Shown: positions 8,997-19,100, numbered from the stretch's first letter. The stretch is DNA of 64,000 bases from an uncultured Nitrospira sp. (GCA_964449255.1 CAYUYE010000002.1:250318-314317), one strand, 5' to 3'. Made by a program: numbers and translations. The notes: generated from the sequence alone by a model not told the origin.

Positions 8997-10448
8997 ATGC
9001 ATCGGTTCCCGTTCCCTGCCAACGACCACGGTATCGCGCTGCTCGCGGCATTGTTCATGATTCTCGCGCTGTCCCTGCTGGGAATGACCGCGCTGCACCT
9101 GGCCACGCAGGAGCTGGAAGGTGTGGCGGCACTGCGTATGGATTCGGCGGCTTTGCACATGGCGGAGGCGGGCGCGGAGCGGGTCGTCGGATGGATCCAC
9201 GATCCGGGCTCTGCTCCATCCGATCAGATACGCACCCTGTTCGCGAAACGGATGACAACTCCCTCCTCCAGTCCGTCGTATTTCGACGCACAGGGGATCT
9301 CGCAATTTCGAGGCACGGCGCAAGCGCCCGACGTCCTGCTTGAGGCCAGCCAGCCGACCCACGATCTCTGGCTCAACGACGCTGCGCGATCGGGCTTGTC
9401 TCCGGGCCAGGCCATTCCCAAAGTTGAATCGCTGAAGGTCTTTGGACCGACGCGGACCGATCTGCTGTGTACGGTCGAAGTGATGGCCAAGGACCCCACG
9501 CGTCCCCTCGATCAGGGGCGAACGGTCCGCATGCAACTGGCGGCGATCGAGGTGCCTCCGCTTGGAGCACCGGTCGAGGTGGGGAGCCTCGCGTCTTCGG
9601 GATCCGCAGCACCGTCGGTCCTGGTCCATTGGGGGCAAGTGCGTGTGCTGGGCGATGCGGTGGTCAGAAACTGGGAGGATGTGCCGGAGAAAATCAGCCT
9701 GGCGCCGCTGACCGGCCAATCGTATTTCGAGACGGCGCGGCGAGAAGACCGCTGGCATGAGTGGCGAGTGGGCGGGGCGATCACACTCCTGCAGCCAATG
9801 GCCGTGGATCCAGAGCCTCCGCTCAATGTCGCCCAACGGCTCATGCCGGTCCCGGGCGTCCGGTTCGACACCTGGGACTATGCCACCCTCAAGCGAATTG
9901 CCCAGGAGCACGGGGCCTACTATGCCGTGGATCAAGACGGGCGGCTGTACCTCGGGGGGCTCGCCGAAGGACGGACAGGACTCACGCTCGATGAGGTGAT
10001 GACGTCCCGTCACGTCGGCGATCGGCACGGGTTGGTGTTTATCGACACGTTGGATCAACAGGCCCCTCGGGCCGACAACCTTGCGACCCTCACGGCGCAG
10101 GCCTCCTACGCGGAGGGACTCTATGTGATCAATGCGCACGTCACGTGGCGCCCGCACTCGGCAGGGCTGAGCTTCCCGGCATTGACCCCGCCGACAGACG
10201 GCGCCACGAGCGTGGCGACCCGAGCGCCCGTGCAGTTGTCGGATATCCATCTGAACGGTGTCCTGTACACCCCCGGGTCGTTGACCATCGAGAACGGCCT
10301 GCGAGTCTTCGGCTCGGTGGTGGCGCAGGGGACCATACGGACGTCCGGCCGCGGTCTGGAAGTGTGGTACGACCACGATTTCAGTCGTGGCTTGTTCCGC
10401 GGCCTCCCGGTGGTGGCGGTGGCGCCCGGCACCTGGCGGGCTTTGTAG
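8997..10448 (+). CDS. large PilX/GspK-like protein (483 aa), set 1
   Basis: An AAGGAGAG RBS is present. The PilX_N-type N-terminus is NDHG|IALLAALFMILALSLLGMTALHLATQEL and lacks E+5, as in PilX/GspK. It has a long C-terminal extension. Confidence 0.6.
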   Translation: MHRFPFPANDHGIALLAALFMILALSLLGMTALHLATQELEGVAALRMDSAALHMAEAGAERVVGWIHDPGSAPSDQIRTLFAKRMTTPSSSPSYFDAQGISQFRGTAQAPDVLLEASQPTHDLWLNDAARSGLSPGQAIPKVESLKVFGPTRTDLLCTVEVMAKDPTRPLDQGRTVRMQLAAIEVPPLGAPVEVGSLASSGSAAPSVLVHWGQVRVLGDAVVRNWEDVPEKISLAPLTGQSYFETARREDRWHEWRVGGAITLLQPMAVDPEPPLNVAQRLMPVPGVRFDTWDYATLKRIAQEHGAYYAVDQDGRLYLGGLAEGRTGLTLDEVMTSRHVGDRHGLVFIDTLDQQAPRADNLATLTAQASYAEGLYVINAHVTWRPHSAGLSFPALTPPTDGATSVATRAPVQLSDIHLNGVLYTPGSLTIENGLRVFGSVVAQGTIRTSGRGLEVWYDHDFSRGLFRGLPVVAVAPGTWRAL

Positions 10449-10480
10449 CGACAGGTTGTTTCTTTCACGCGGAGGAAGGG

Positions 10481-12328
10481 ATGGAGACCATGAACGCAAT
10501 CAGTCATGTGCCACAGGCCGAGACCCAAGGAAGAGCTTTCACGCAGAGCCAACGGGTGCCGCGTCTTTCCGGCGCGACCTCGGCCGTCGGCCGGGATTCC
10601 CGGCGCGAGGCGTTCCGCCGCCTCGTGGACGACGGCGTGCTCACGGCCGATCGTTTCGAGCAGGCGATCGAGGACTCCGTCGGACGGGGCATCGACCTGG
10701 AACGCTACTTGATGGAAGAGTGCCACCTGTCGGGCACACAACTCGGTGCTGCCCTGAGCGCCCACTATGGACGTCCCTACGTCCCCTTCGATCGACGCAA
10801 GGCGATTCCGCCCGGGGTGTTGAAACAGGTGAAGATCGACTATCTTCGACGGCACCACTGGGCCCCGCTCAGCCGTGAGCAGAACCGGCTCACCGCCATC
10901 ATTGACAACCCGGCCGACATGGATCGCGTGCTCGACATCCAGTATGCCTTCCCGGGGACAGTCGTCGACCTGGTGGTCGGGTTGCGCCTCGATATCGCGC
11001 GTTTCTTAGACGCCGCGGACGGTGGGACGGTCGAGGAATCCATCCAAGACATCCTCGGCGAACTCATACGCGATGACGGGGAAACCGAGGTCTCCGCCAA
11101 GGGCGGTGAGGAGGCGGTCAACGAAAACACCTCGGCCATCGTGCGCTTGGTCAATCAGATCATCCTTGAGGCACACCGCCTCGGTGCGTCTGACATTCAC
11201 CTCGAGCCCTACTCGACGCGGAAGGACATGGTGGTGCGGTTTCGCGTCGACGGCGCCTGCTTTACGTATATGAAGGTGCCGGCCGCCTACCGCCGGGCGA
11301 TGGTTTCCCGTCTCAAGATCATGGCCAACCTGGACATCGCTGAATCGCGGAAGCCGCAAGACGGGAAGGTCCGCTTTCGGACGAGCGAGGGGAAGGAGTT
11401 GGAGTTGCGCATGGCCACCCTGCCGACCTCCGGGCAGAACGAAGACGTAGTGTTGCGAATCCTGACGTCCAAGGGGCTGTTGCCGTTGGAGGGCATGGAT
11501 CTGTCGCCAGAATTGATCGCCTCGCTCAAGCACATGGTGGCTCGACCCTACGGCATTCTGTTGTGCGTGGGACCGACAGGATCCGGAAAAACGACAACGC
11601 TGCATGCGCTGCTGTCGCACATCAATGACGATTCGCGAAAAATCTGGACGGTTGAGGATCCGATCGAAATCACCCAGGACGGTCTGCGCCAGCTTCAAGT
11701 GTTTCCCAAGATCGGCCTGACGTTCGCCTCGGCGCTGCGCGCGTTCTTGCGCGCCGATCCAGACGTCATCATGGTGGGGGAGATGCGCGACAAGGAAACG
11801 GCGGATATCGCAATCGAGGCCTCCTTGACGGGCCATTTGGTGCTCAGCACGCTCCATACGAATAGCGCCGTGGAAACAGTCACGCGGCTGCTCGATATGG
11901 GCTGCGACTCCTTTAATTTCGCCGATGCGATGATCGGGGTGCTGGCGAAGCGCCTCTGTCGGCGTTTGTGCGAGCGCTGCAAGGAGTCCTATCGGCCGGC
12001 GGAGACGGAGTGGTCTGAGCTGAGGCTGGCCTATGGGAGCGCCCAGTGGGAGCGCTTGGGTTTCCCCCTGCAAGCCGCGGACAGGCTCTGGCGGGCCAAG
12101 GGATGCGAGGCCTGCGCCCACACCGGATTCAAGGGGCGGGTGGCTCTCTACGAGCTGCTGCCGGGTTCCGATGAATTGAAAGTGCTGATTCAGACCAAGG
12201 CCCGCACCCATGAACTACTGCGCCTCGCGGCCCATGAGGGCATGCTGAGCCTAGTGCAGGACGGCGTCCAGAAGGTGCTCCGAGGTGAGACCACGCTGCA
12301 GGAGGTCAGGAAGGTCGCGGTCAAATAG
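10481..12328 (+). CDS. GspE/PilB/MshE-family type II/IV secretion ATPase
   Basis: A GGAGGAAGGG RBS precedes ATG 10481. The protein has a T2SSE_N-like N-terminal domain, Walker A GPTGSGKTT, Asp and His boxes (VMVGEMRD, GHLVLSTLHTN), and a CxxC...CxxC zinc cluster. Confidence 0.9.
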   Translation: METMNAISHVPQAETQGRAFTQSQRVPRLSGATSAVGRDSRREAFRRLVDDGVLTADRFEQAIEDSVGRGIDLERYLMEECHLSGTQLGAALSAHYGRPYVPFDRRKAIPPGVLKQVKIDYLRRHHWAPLSREQNRLTAIIDNPADMDRVLDIQYAFPGTVVDLVVGLRLDIARFLDAADGGTVEESIQDILGELIRDDGETEVSAKGGEEAVNENTSAIVRLVNQIILEAHRLGASDIHLEPYSTRKDMVVRFRVDGACFTYMKVPAAYRRAMVSRLKIMANLDIAESRKPQDGKVRFRTSEGKELELRMATLPTSGQNEDVVLRILTSKGLLPLEGMDLSPELIASLKHMVARPYGILLCVGPTGSGKTTTLHALLSHINDDSRKIWTVEDPIEITQDGLRQLQVFPKIGLTFASALRAFLRADPDVIMVGEMRDKETADIAIEASLTGHLVLSTLHTNSAVETVTRLLDMGCDSFNFADAMIGVLAKRLCRRLCERCKESYRPAETEWSELRLAYGSAQWERLGFPLQAADRLWRAKGCEACAHTGFKGRVALYELLPGSDELKVLIQTKARTHELLRLAAHEGMLSLVQDGVQKVLRGETTLQEVRKVAVK

Positions 12329-12727
12329 AGGGTTGGTTCGGGTCCGACCTGGGCACAGGCCCTCAATCTGTGGGGTTGGACGACCATCCCTATACAAGCT
12401 ACGTACGACACCAATCGTACGCATGGAGTATTGTTCGCGAGGGCCTGACAGTCGCTCCCGCCCGAGAATTCGCCGGTATCCAGGCGATCAAGGACGCTGC
12501 AGCATTCCGCTTTCTGGTTGCCACCTGGCCGCTCCCTGCTAGACTTAGGCTCGATGATCACCCTCCCAGGCACAACTGCCGCCTCGTGGCAAGATGCAAA
12601 AAACGGCGGCACGAGGAACGCAAAGTGTTCGTCGCCTCGCCGAGTTTTGGACTGAGATAGATCCCTCGAACGGGTGGGGACGCTCACAGAATCAGGGGGT
12701 TATGCACGGATCGAGGGGGCAGAGAAA

Positions 12728-12743
12728 AGGCACAGGCCTTGCT
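12728..12743 (+). promoter_or_regulatory. candidate sigma-54 (-24/-12) promoter for the second minor-pilin operon
   Basis: aGGCAC-aggcc-TTGCT matches TGGCAC-N5-TTGCW in all positions but one. The -12 element lies 28 nt upstream of the ATG at 12771. Confidence 0.5.
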
Positions 12744-12770
12744 CATTCAGGGCGGCGGCGAGGTATCGGC

Positions 12771-13340
12771 ATGACGCAATCGACTCAACAACGGGCGCGC
12801 ATCATAAGCCAGGGCGGCTTTACGCTCGTGGAAATGTTGGTCGTCGTGGGGATCGTGGCGGTGATGCTAGCGATGGCTATCCCGGGATTTTCCCGCATGG
12901 CGGCTCGAAACGAGGTCCAGCAGGCCGCGCGAGAGATGGCCGCGACGTTACAGACCTCTCGCTTGTTGGCCATGAACGTCAACACGCCAGTGGCGATTGC
13001 GCCTCAACTGGTCCCAGGCTCTGAAGGCCAGTCACTTCAGGTGGCCGTGGTCAACGCCAACACAGGGGGCCCACTTATCAATCCTACTTCGGGAGCGGCG
13101 CTCTCGACAGGTCTCCAAGTGAAGGCGGTGAATATCACGTCGCTCACGGGACCTGGGGGCGGCCCAGTCGCTCCGGTGATATTCAATCCGCAAGGACTTC
13201 TGGCCCCAATTGGGAATCTAGGGCAGGTGTGGCTCGTCAGGAACGTTCCGCAGAACACGGTCTACTCGATTACGATTTCTCCCGGTGGACGGGTTCGTTG
13301 GTGCGGGGTGGCGGTGGCGGCCGGGGGCGTGTGTCCCTAG
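12771..13340 (+). CDS. FimT/FimU (GspH-family) minor pilin, set 2
   Basis: The canonical leader is ...SQGG|FTLVEMLVVVGIVAVMLAMAIPGF, followed by an RNEVQQAAREMAATLQTSRLLAM helix. The start was moved from 12594 to ATG 12771. Confidence 0.75.
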   Translation: MTQSTQQRARIISQGGFTLVEMLVVVGIVAVMLAMAIPGFSRMAARNEVQQAAREMAATLQTSRLLAMNVNTPVAIAPQLVPGSEGQSLQVAVVNANTGGPLINPTSGAALSTGLQVKAVNITSLTGPGGGPVAPVIFNPQGLLAPIGNLGQVWLVRNVPQNTVYSITISPGGRVRWCGVAVAAGGVCP

Positions 13341-13351
13341 TGAGTGAGTCC

Positions 13352-13837
13352 ATGATGAAACCAATTGTACGAACACAGGGTGGGTTCTCGTTGATGGAGG
13401 TCATGGTGGCCGCCGGCATTCTTGCCGTGGGGCTGCTGGGTCTCTCGGGCATGCAGATCATCTCCCTGAACAAGAACGTGGATGCGAACGATTTGACGGT
13501 TGCCTCGAATCTGGCCAGCGAGATGATGGAACGGATTCAATTCAACCGGGGTCGGGCGACGGGAACGACAAACCCCTACAACAATATCGATACGACCATG
13601 GCCGGTACCGCTCCCAGTGCGGCGGAGACTCAGGCCAATGGCGACTATGTCCAATGGAGGACTGCCCTCACCGCGAGCGGGTTGCGCAATGCTCGCGGGG
13701 TGGTGACGCTCCAACCGATCGTCACAAACCCGCCCCTGAATCAGTTCCAAGTGCAAGTGCAGGTCAATTGGCAAGAAAAGACCGGCACCAATCTCAACCG
13801 AGCGGTAAATGTCATTTCGGTCATTGCCGTGGAGTAA
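13352..13837 (+). CDS. pilV: type IV pilus minor pilin PilV, set 2
   Basis: The leader is MMKPIVRTQGG|FSLMEVMVAAGILAVGLLGLSGMQ, typical of PilV-type pilus modification proteins. Confidence 0.75.
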   Translation: MMKPIVRTQGGFSLMEVMVAAGILAVGLLGLSGMQIISLNKNVDANDLTVASNLASEMMERIQFNRGRATGTTNPYNNIDTTMAGTAPSAAETQANGDYVQWRTALTASGLRNARGVVTLQPIVTNPPLNQFQVQVQVNWQEKTGTNLNRAVNVISVIAVE

Positions 13838-13848
13838 GTAGAGAAGGG

Positions 13849-15036
13849 ATGACGCGCATGAGGCCAAGCGCACGACAAATCCGCAGCTGCCCCCGGCCCG
13901 ACCGAGAGAAGGGGTTTACCCTTGTCGAAGTCATGATGGCCCTGGCTGTTCTGGCCATTATTGTTGGCGCGGGGTTCGGAGTGCTCATTGCCAGCGAGAA
14001 GGCGACGCACACCAGCGGCCAAATCGTCGACGCGCAGCAGAGCGCCCGCTTGGCCATGGATCTGCTCTCTCGTGATATCAAAATGGCCGGCTTCGGATGG
14101 CAATCGAACATGACCGTGGGGAATTGCCAAGTTCCGGCTGCCGCCCCGGCGACGGCAGCCCCGATTGTGCCCGTCGACAATAACCCGGCCGGCCAGGATG
14201 TGGGGCCTGATGGCATCCGGTTGGTCGTTCCCATGACCAATACTCAGACGCTGGCTGGTGCCGGGGCTCCCGTGGCCGCGTGGACGTTGTCGGCTGCTAC
14301 CACGCCGGGATTTTCGCAGATTCAGCTCCAGCCTGGGGCCGTCACGGCGATGACGAACGCCGGGCTCCTTACCACTTCCAATGTCGTGTCCATCAATGGG
14401 GCTTTCGCGGCGCAGGTGACCGGGCTGAGCGGGCCCAACGGCCTGCAGCTTCAGAATCCGGCACAGCTCCACATCAATTTCCCGATAGGGGCGCAGGTGT
14501 ACCTGCTGCAGTGCATCAACTACACGGTCGCCAACAATCCGGCCCAGTGCGGCAACCTTGCCGCTCCTTGCCTGATGCGTGGACCGGTCGGACCCGTCGG
14601 CGCGCAACAGGTGGCCATCGCCGACGGCATCGAAGACCTGCAGTTCGCCTACGGGTGCGACGGCTGCACGCTGTTGGATCTTGGAGGCGATGGTGTGATC
14701 GATGATCAGGGTGATGGCGGGGGATTTACCGCCGGAGACTTTGTTACGAACCAGCCATGGAACGTCGCGCCCATGACCTCGGAAAAGATTCGAATGGTCC
14801 AAGTGAATCTCGTCGCCAGGCAAGCCGCCAGGGCGGCGGATCGAGGATTGGGCGAAGGCAGTGCGGCGGCGTTGCTGACCCCCAATGCCTTGCAGATTAG
14901 CGATCACAACCATGTGAATGGCGTGTTTGCGGCCGGAGACTTTGGAGCCCAGACGCCGCCCTACACCTCAGTGCGCCGCAGAATCCTCACGAAAACGTTG
15001 GATGTGCGGAACATTCCGCTCTGCGACGCCTGTTAG
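13849..15036 (+). CDS. pilW: type IV pilus minor pilin PilW, set 2
   Basis: The leader is ...REKG|FTLVEVMMALAVLAIIVG, and it carries the PilW signature SARLAMDLLSRDIKMAGFG. Confidence 0.75.
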   Translation: MTRMRPSARQIRSCPRPDREKGFTLVEVMMALAVLAIIVGAGFGVLIASEKATHTSGQIVDAQQSARLAMDLLSRDIKMAGFGWQSNMTVGNCQVPAAAPATAAPIVPVDNNPAGQDVGPDGIRLVVPMTNTQTLAGAGAPVAAWTLSAATTPGFSQIQLQPGAVTAMTNAGLLTTSNVVSINGAFAAQVTGLSGPNGLQLQNPAQLHINFPIGAQVYLLQCINYTVANNPAQCGNLAAPCLMRGPVGPVGAQQVAIADGIEDLQFAYGCDGCTLLDLGGDGVIDDQGDGGGFTAGDFVTNQPWNVAPMTSEKIRMVQVNLVARQAARAADRGLGEGSAAALLTPNALQISDHNHVNGVFAAGDFGAQTPPYTSVRRRILTKTLDVRNIPLCDAC

Positions 15037-15057
15037 CACGGAAGGATACGAGCGATC

Positions 15058-15648
15058 ATGGATGCGAGAGACACAGTGTTTGGAAACGAGCGGGGTATCG
15101 CCACCCTGGCCGTCATGGTGATTTTAGTTCTGATGACGGCGCTTGGGATTGCGGCGCTCACGGTGACGAATATGGAGAGCACCTCGGCAGGGTACTCACG
15201 GACCAACGAGGCCGGTGTGCAAGCCGCAGAAGCCTGTGTCCAGACCGGTGTCCAAGTCATTCAGCAGGTGGTGATGGCTCGGATGGTTCCAGCGACGTTG
15301 CAGGTTCCGGCAGGACCTGTTCCTGCTGCCGCGATGGCTTCATTGGCAGCGGAGCTTGTGCAGTTGGACACCAACAATGCGGATGTGCCCATCGGAGCTG
15401 GCGCGTCCCCTGACCTCATCATGGCCGTACCGGTTGTCGGCCCGGTCTACCAAGTTGCTGGCGATATCGACAAGCAATACCGCAAGGTTCAAGGAAGCTT
15501 TGGCGACTCCTCGTCGGTGGTGGAGACATTCTATCGGATCAATTGTTTCGCCCAACATATAAGCACCGGCGCTGTCACCAACGTGCAGGCGGAATACTAC
15601 TGTTATGCGGCCTCCGGCGACCAAACGTGTAAGCGAAAGCCAACCTAA
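15058..15648 (+). CDS. pilX: PilX-like minor pilin, set 2
   Basis: The PilX_N-type N-terminus is NERG|IATLAVMVILVLMTALGIAALTV, with no E+5, at 196 aa. Confidence 0.65.
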   Translation: MDARDTVFGNERGIATLAVMVILVLMTALGIAALTVTNMESTSAGYSRTNEAGVQAAEACVQTGVQVIQQVVMARMVPATLQVPAGPVPAAAMASLAAELVQLDTNNADVPIGAGASPDLIMAVPVVGPVYQVAGDIDKQYRKVQGSFGDSSSVVETFYRINCFAQHISTGAVTNVQAEYYCYAASGDQTCKRKPT

Positions 15649-15660
15649 AGGAGCTGAACC

Positions 15661-16029
15661 ATGGCGATGCACACGCAACGAGCCCGATTCAGATCAGTTG
15701 GCGATCAGTCTCGAGGGACTATGTCCCTCGTACTGGCGCTGGTCGGCGCAGTCGCCCTCACTGCCGTGGAGACCTCCACGGTTGCCGCGCAGCAGACCGC
15801 TCCAGTTTCTCTTGCCGGCTATCAATCCGGAATGGTGACGTCGGTGCAGGGCAATAGTCTCGGGATCAATGGCGCGAGCTACCAGCTCTCGCCCGATGTC
15901 GTCATCGTCGATCCGGAAGACAAGCCGATGGAGCCGGTCGACATTCGCGTGAACGCGGAGGTCAAATTCCAAGTCAAGCGCGAGCAGGCGAATCGGATTG
16001 TCAGAATGATTCTTATTCTCCCGCAATAA
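15661..16029 (+). CDS. small secreted/membrane-anchored hypothetical protein (122 aa)
   Basis: An AAGGAG RBS is present. An N-terminal hydrophobic segment (MSLVLALVGAVALTAV) is followed by a beta-rich C-terminal half. I recognise no family. Confidence 0.5.
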   Translation: MAMHTQRARFRSVGDQSRGTMSLVLALVGAVALTAVETSTVAAQQTAPVSLAGYQSGMVTSVQGNSLGINGASYQLSPDVVIVDPEDKPMEPVDIRVNAEVKFQVKREQANRIVRMILILPQ

Positions 16030-16122
16030 ACAGAGAAGGGCCGACGGATCATGAACCTGAAACGCACGCACGAGATGGCGAACGGTAGCCCATCGGGGCA
16101 TCAGAACGAGGAGGGAATAGTC

Positions 16123-19100
16123 ATGGACTCTCGGACTATGAAATCCACGTGGATGGCTCTTGCACTGGCAATGGCGGCGCTGTCCGCGCCGACCGCAATT
16201 GGCCAGGCCCAAACGTTGGCCGACTACCAGGCGCAACCGCCCTTTGTGGCGGACGTTGTGCCGCCGAACATTCTAATCGTGATGGACAACTCCGGCAGTA
16301 TGACGAACCGCGCGTGCGAGTCCGCGAACTGCGGCTTGCTGGGCGGCGTACCGTCGACGAATACCAACTTCTGGAGTGCCACGACCTACTCCGGGTTCTT
16401 CAATACCATGGGCTGCTACATCTACGATGCCACCGACAATCGCTTCGAGCCCAGCTCAACGAAGGCCTCGATCGGCGCCATTTGTGGTGCAACGGAATGG
16501 GACGGGAACTTCTTGAACTGGGCGGTGTTCCGTCGGTTCGACGCCGTCAAGAAAGCCATGATCGGGAACGACTGCGTAGTCGCGCGAGCGACGGACGGAA
16601 CGTGCCCGCCGACCGGTACGCCGGCGTTGAGCACGATCAAAGCCCAAGCCAGATTCGATGGGACGAGCGAAGGACATGAGACGACGCCGTCAATTCCAAG
16701 GACCGCCACAGGCACGCAGTCAAGCTACCTCGGCAGGATTCCGGTCTCTGTGGCCCAGGGTGGAACGGGGACCAATCCAAATGATCTCTGGATCCACCTC
16801 CGTGGCGGCACATCGGGCATGCAGGGTCGGTTCTGTGTCGACAATGACAACAACGCGCCGGGGAGCACCGAAACCGCGTGTAATCGGAATGGAGGCGGCG
16901 GCGACGGCGATGCCTACAATGAGACGGCGAACTACTTCCAGATCCGAATCGCGTTAACCGGTCCTGCCGAAGGCGTGATCCATCAGATCGGATCGAAAGC
17001 TCGGTTTGGGTTGGCCGTGTTCAACAATGACGGATCGAACAATGGTATGCGGATCTTGAACGGCCTTGGCAGCCGCCAATCGATTGATTTTACCGGCTCG
17101 GTCGTCGAGACGTTCAACGACAATACGGCGGCGATGGTGGATGCGGTGGAAGAAGCGTGGCCTGCCACCTGGACACCGCTCGCGGAGACGCTCTATGAGG
17201 CCGCCCGGTATGTGGCGCAGATCAATTCGGCGTTTTATCCGGCGCAGTATGTCTATCCGATTGCGTTTTCGGGTGGAAACAGCAACGGCGCCAACTTCGG
17301 TTCGAACGGGGTCGGCTCGTTCGGTGCGCCGGAAATCAAGGCCACGACGGGGACCGAGACCTGCCCATCGCAGTACATCGGCGATGCCTGCGGCCGAGAC
17401 CCGTTCTTCTACGGCAGCAACCATACGCCGGCCTGGGCGAGCACGTCGTCTGAAGTGCGCTGCTGCAAAACGTTCATCATGGTCTTTACAGACGGTGAAC
17501 CGACTCAGGACCAAGGAGTGCCGGGCGTCTTGCAGAACTATGCAGGCGCAATCTCGGGCGTGCCCTGCGTCGGAGGCAACACGACAATCCACGCGCCGAA
17601 CGGAACCTGTAACACGAATCCGAATACACCTGCGTCGATCCTGATGGGCGAGCATAAGACTGATTATGGTTCGAACGGGACGCACCATTTGAACGACGTG
17701 GCCTATTGGGTCCACAGAAACGACCTCCGCCAGGCGACGATTCCGGTGCTCAATGTGCCTGGGCATGATTTGCAAGGTTTTCAGAACGTCACCGTGTATA
17801 CCTTTTTCGCATTCGGAACGATCGCCGGACGCGAGCTGATGATGCACGCGGCGCAACAGGGTGGGTTTGAGGACACGAACGGCAACTGGGTCCCCGATTT
17901 GCCGGTTGAGTGGGATAAGATCAATAACCGGGATGGGACCAGCGGATCCACGGTTGCGGGATGTAATGCCGACTGTATCCCCGATACTTACTTTGAATCG
18001 TCCAACATCGACGATCTCCAGGATCGGTTGTTGGCGGCGCTGACGGCCATTCTGCGGAAAAGCGCGTCGGGCAGCTCGGTGTCGGTGCTCGCGTCCTCCA
18101 TAACCGGTGACGGCGCCCTGTATCAGGCGTACTTCTATGTCAGTGATGTCGGGACTGGCGGGACGGACGTCAAATGGTTGGGATTCACGGAGGGACTGTT
18201 TATCGACCGGTACGGCAATCTGCGTGAAGATACCGTTCAGGACGGTCGATTGGTCCTCAAGGACGACTTGATCATCACCACCCGGTATATCGACAACCAG
18301 GCCGATCCCAACTACGGGAAGGTGTTGGTGGATAAATACCTGGACGGTGACGGGGATGGTGTCGCCGACACCTCGACGCCAACGGTGGCTAGTCAGGAAC
18401 TGAAGGACATCAAGCCCATTTGGGAAGCAGGGAAGCGCCTTGCCCTCACGCCATCCGCATCTCGCAATATCATTACGTGGGTGGATGTCAACAACGATAA
18501 GGTCGTGGATGCCGGTGAGCAGATGGATTTCAGCACCGTGAATTCGGCCACGCTGGCGCCGTATCTTCGCGCCACCGCAGGTTTGTACAACGAAAACAAC
18601 ATCATTAATTTCATCCGTGGCGATGCCATCACCGGGATGCGTCCTCGCACCATGGATGTGAACAACGGCGGAACGGTTTCTCCAATGGTCTGGAAGTACG
18701 GCGATCCGATTCATTCGCCGCCGACCTTAGTCGGCATCCCGCGGGCGAACTTCGACTTGATCTATGGCGATGGGACCTATTCGACCTTCTTCCAGCAGTA
18801 TAGGAATCGTCGCCAAATGATCTATGTCGGAGCGAATGATGGGATGTTGCACGCGTTCAACGCGGGGTACTACCACTCCGGTGACGATCCGACGACGGTG
18901 AACACGATCGAAAACGGCTGGTTCACGAAAAATCCGACGGACAACTCCAGTGGACAAGAGTTAGGTCAGGAGCTGTGGGCCTATGTGCCGTATGAATTGC
19001 TGCCGCAACTCAAGTTCCTGACACAGGCTGACTACACGCACGTCTACTTTGTCGATCTCAAGCCTAAGGTCGTCGATGTCCAACTCTGGCCCTTGACGGG

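Noticed and set aside
10145-10480. A long N-terminal extension of the ATPase ORF (727-aa version) overlapping the set-1 pilX-like gene by ~300 nt.
   Set aside because: - The extension is Arg/Pro/Gly-rich and overlaps a supported gene.
- ATG 10481 has a strong GGAGGAAGGG RBS.
- The same logic was used to trim ORFs starting at 7159, 7530, 12594, 13229, 13654, 16051, 35485, 36136, 39423, 48597, 50201 and 59114.
17955-17967. GTATC-cccc-GATAC inside pilY1, considered as a further copy of the operator motif.
   Set aside because: - The spacer is 4 nt rather than 6 nt, and the site is intragenic.
- It is probably coincidental.
16954-18714. A 586-aa ORF on the minus strand, antisense to pilY1. Similar long antisense ORFs occur at 8904-10499, 11006-12211, 13741-14913, 33619-34860 and 44768-45556.
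   Set aside because: - These are typical shadow ORFs of GC-rich DNA.
- They are fully embedded opposite genes with strong motif support.
- Their translations are Arg/Pro/Gly/His-rich and low-complexity, with no recognisable domains or RBS.
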